From Halocafeteria seosinensis (Eukaryota): a DNA stretch of 64,000 bases. The translations under genes were made by a program, and so were the position numbers. Location: NCBI GenBank assembly GCA_001687465.1, contig LVLI01000599.1:1-64000 (forward strand), written 5' to 3'. The notes under the pieces are model-generated. The model was given only the letters and a program-made list of their open reading frames with translations, did not search any database and was not told the origin of the DNA. Below, piece by piece: positions 63,878 to 64,000 of the stretch (the stretch's first letter is position 1; the number at the start of each line of letters is the position of its first letter).

Positions 63878-64000
63878 TCGTGAATGACCCGACGCTTTGG
63901 TAAGAACAAATAAACCTCCAGTTCGATTGCTGATCCCCTATGCCCGTGTACTTGCGTCTTTGCTAAGCTTTTTCACTCGTTTGCAACTTCGCTGGTAGCT

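Overview
Gene-dense eukaryotic nuclear DNA: about 29 protein-coding genes in 64 kb, standard genetic code, and mostly short GT-AG spliceosomal introns of about 55-80 nt. Basal-body and ciliary genes (CEP164, CFAP298, TBCCD1) indicate a flagellated protist; a stramenopile-like identity is my inference only. All gene models were spliced by hand from the sequence, and product names come from motif recognition, not database searches. Main observations: (1) an animal-like O-GlcNAcase whose domain order is permuted to GNAT-GH84-stalk; (2) a roughly 1 kb AT-rich, pseudogenised viral-type origin-binding SF2 helicase inserted between two convergent host genes; (3) a box C/D snoRNA candidate in an oversized NUDC intron; (4) an unidentified GC-rich multibranch structure between RPL21 and an AidB-like gene; (5) antisense overlap of the SLX1 and SUN coding sequences; (6) a GTPBP1/2-family GTPase with the catalytic His replaced by Asp; (7) SH3-PX-FKBP and EF-hand-pyrophosphatase fusions; (8) a probable GC-AG intron.
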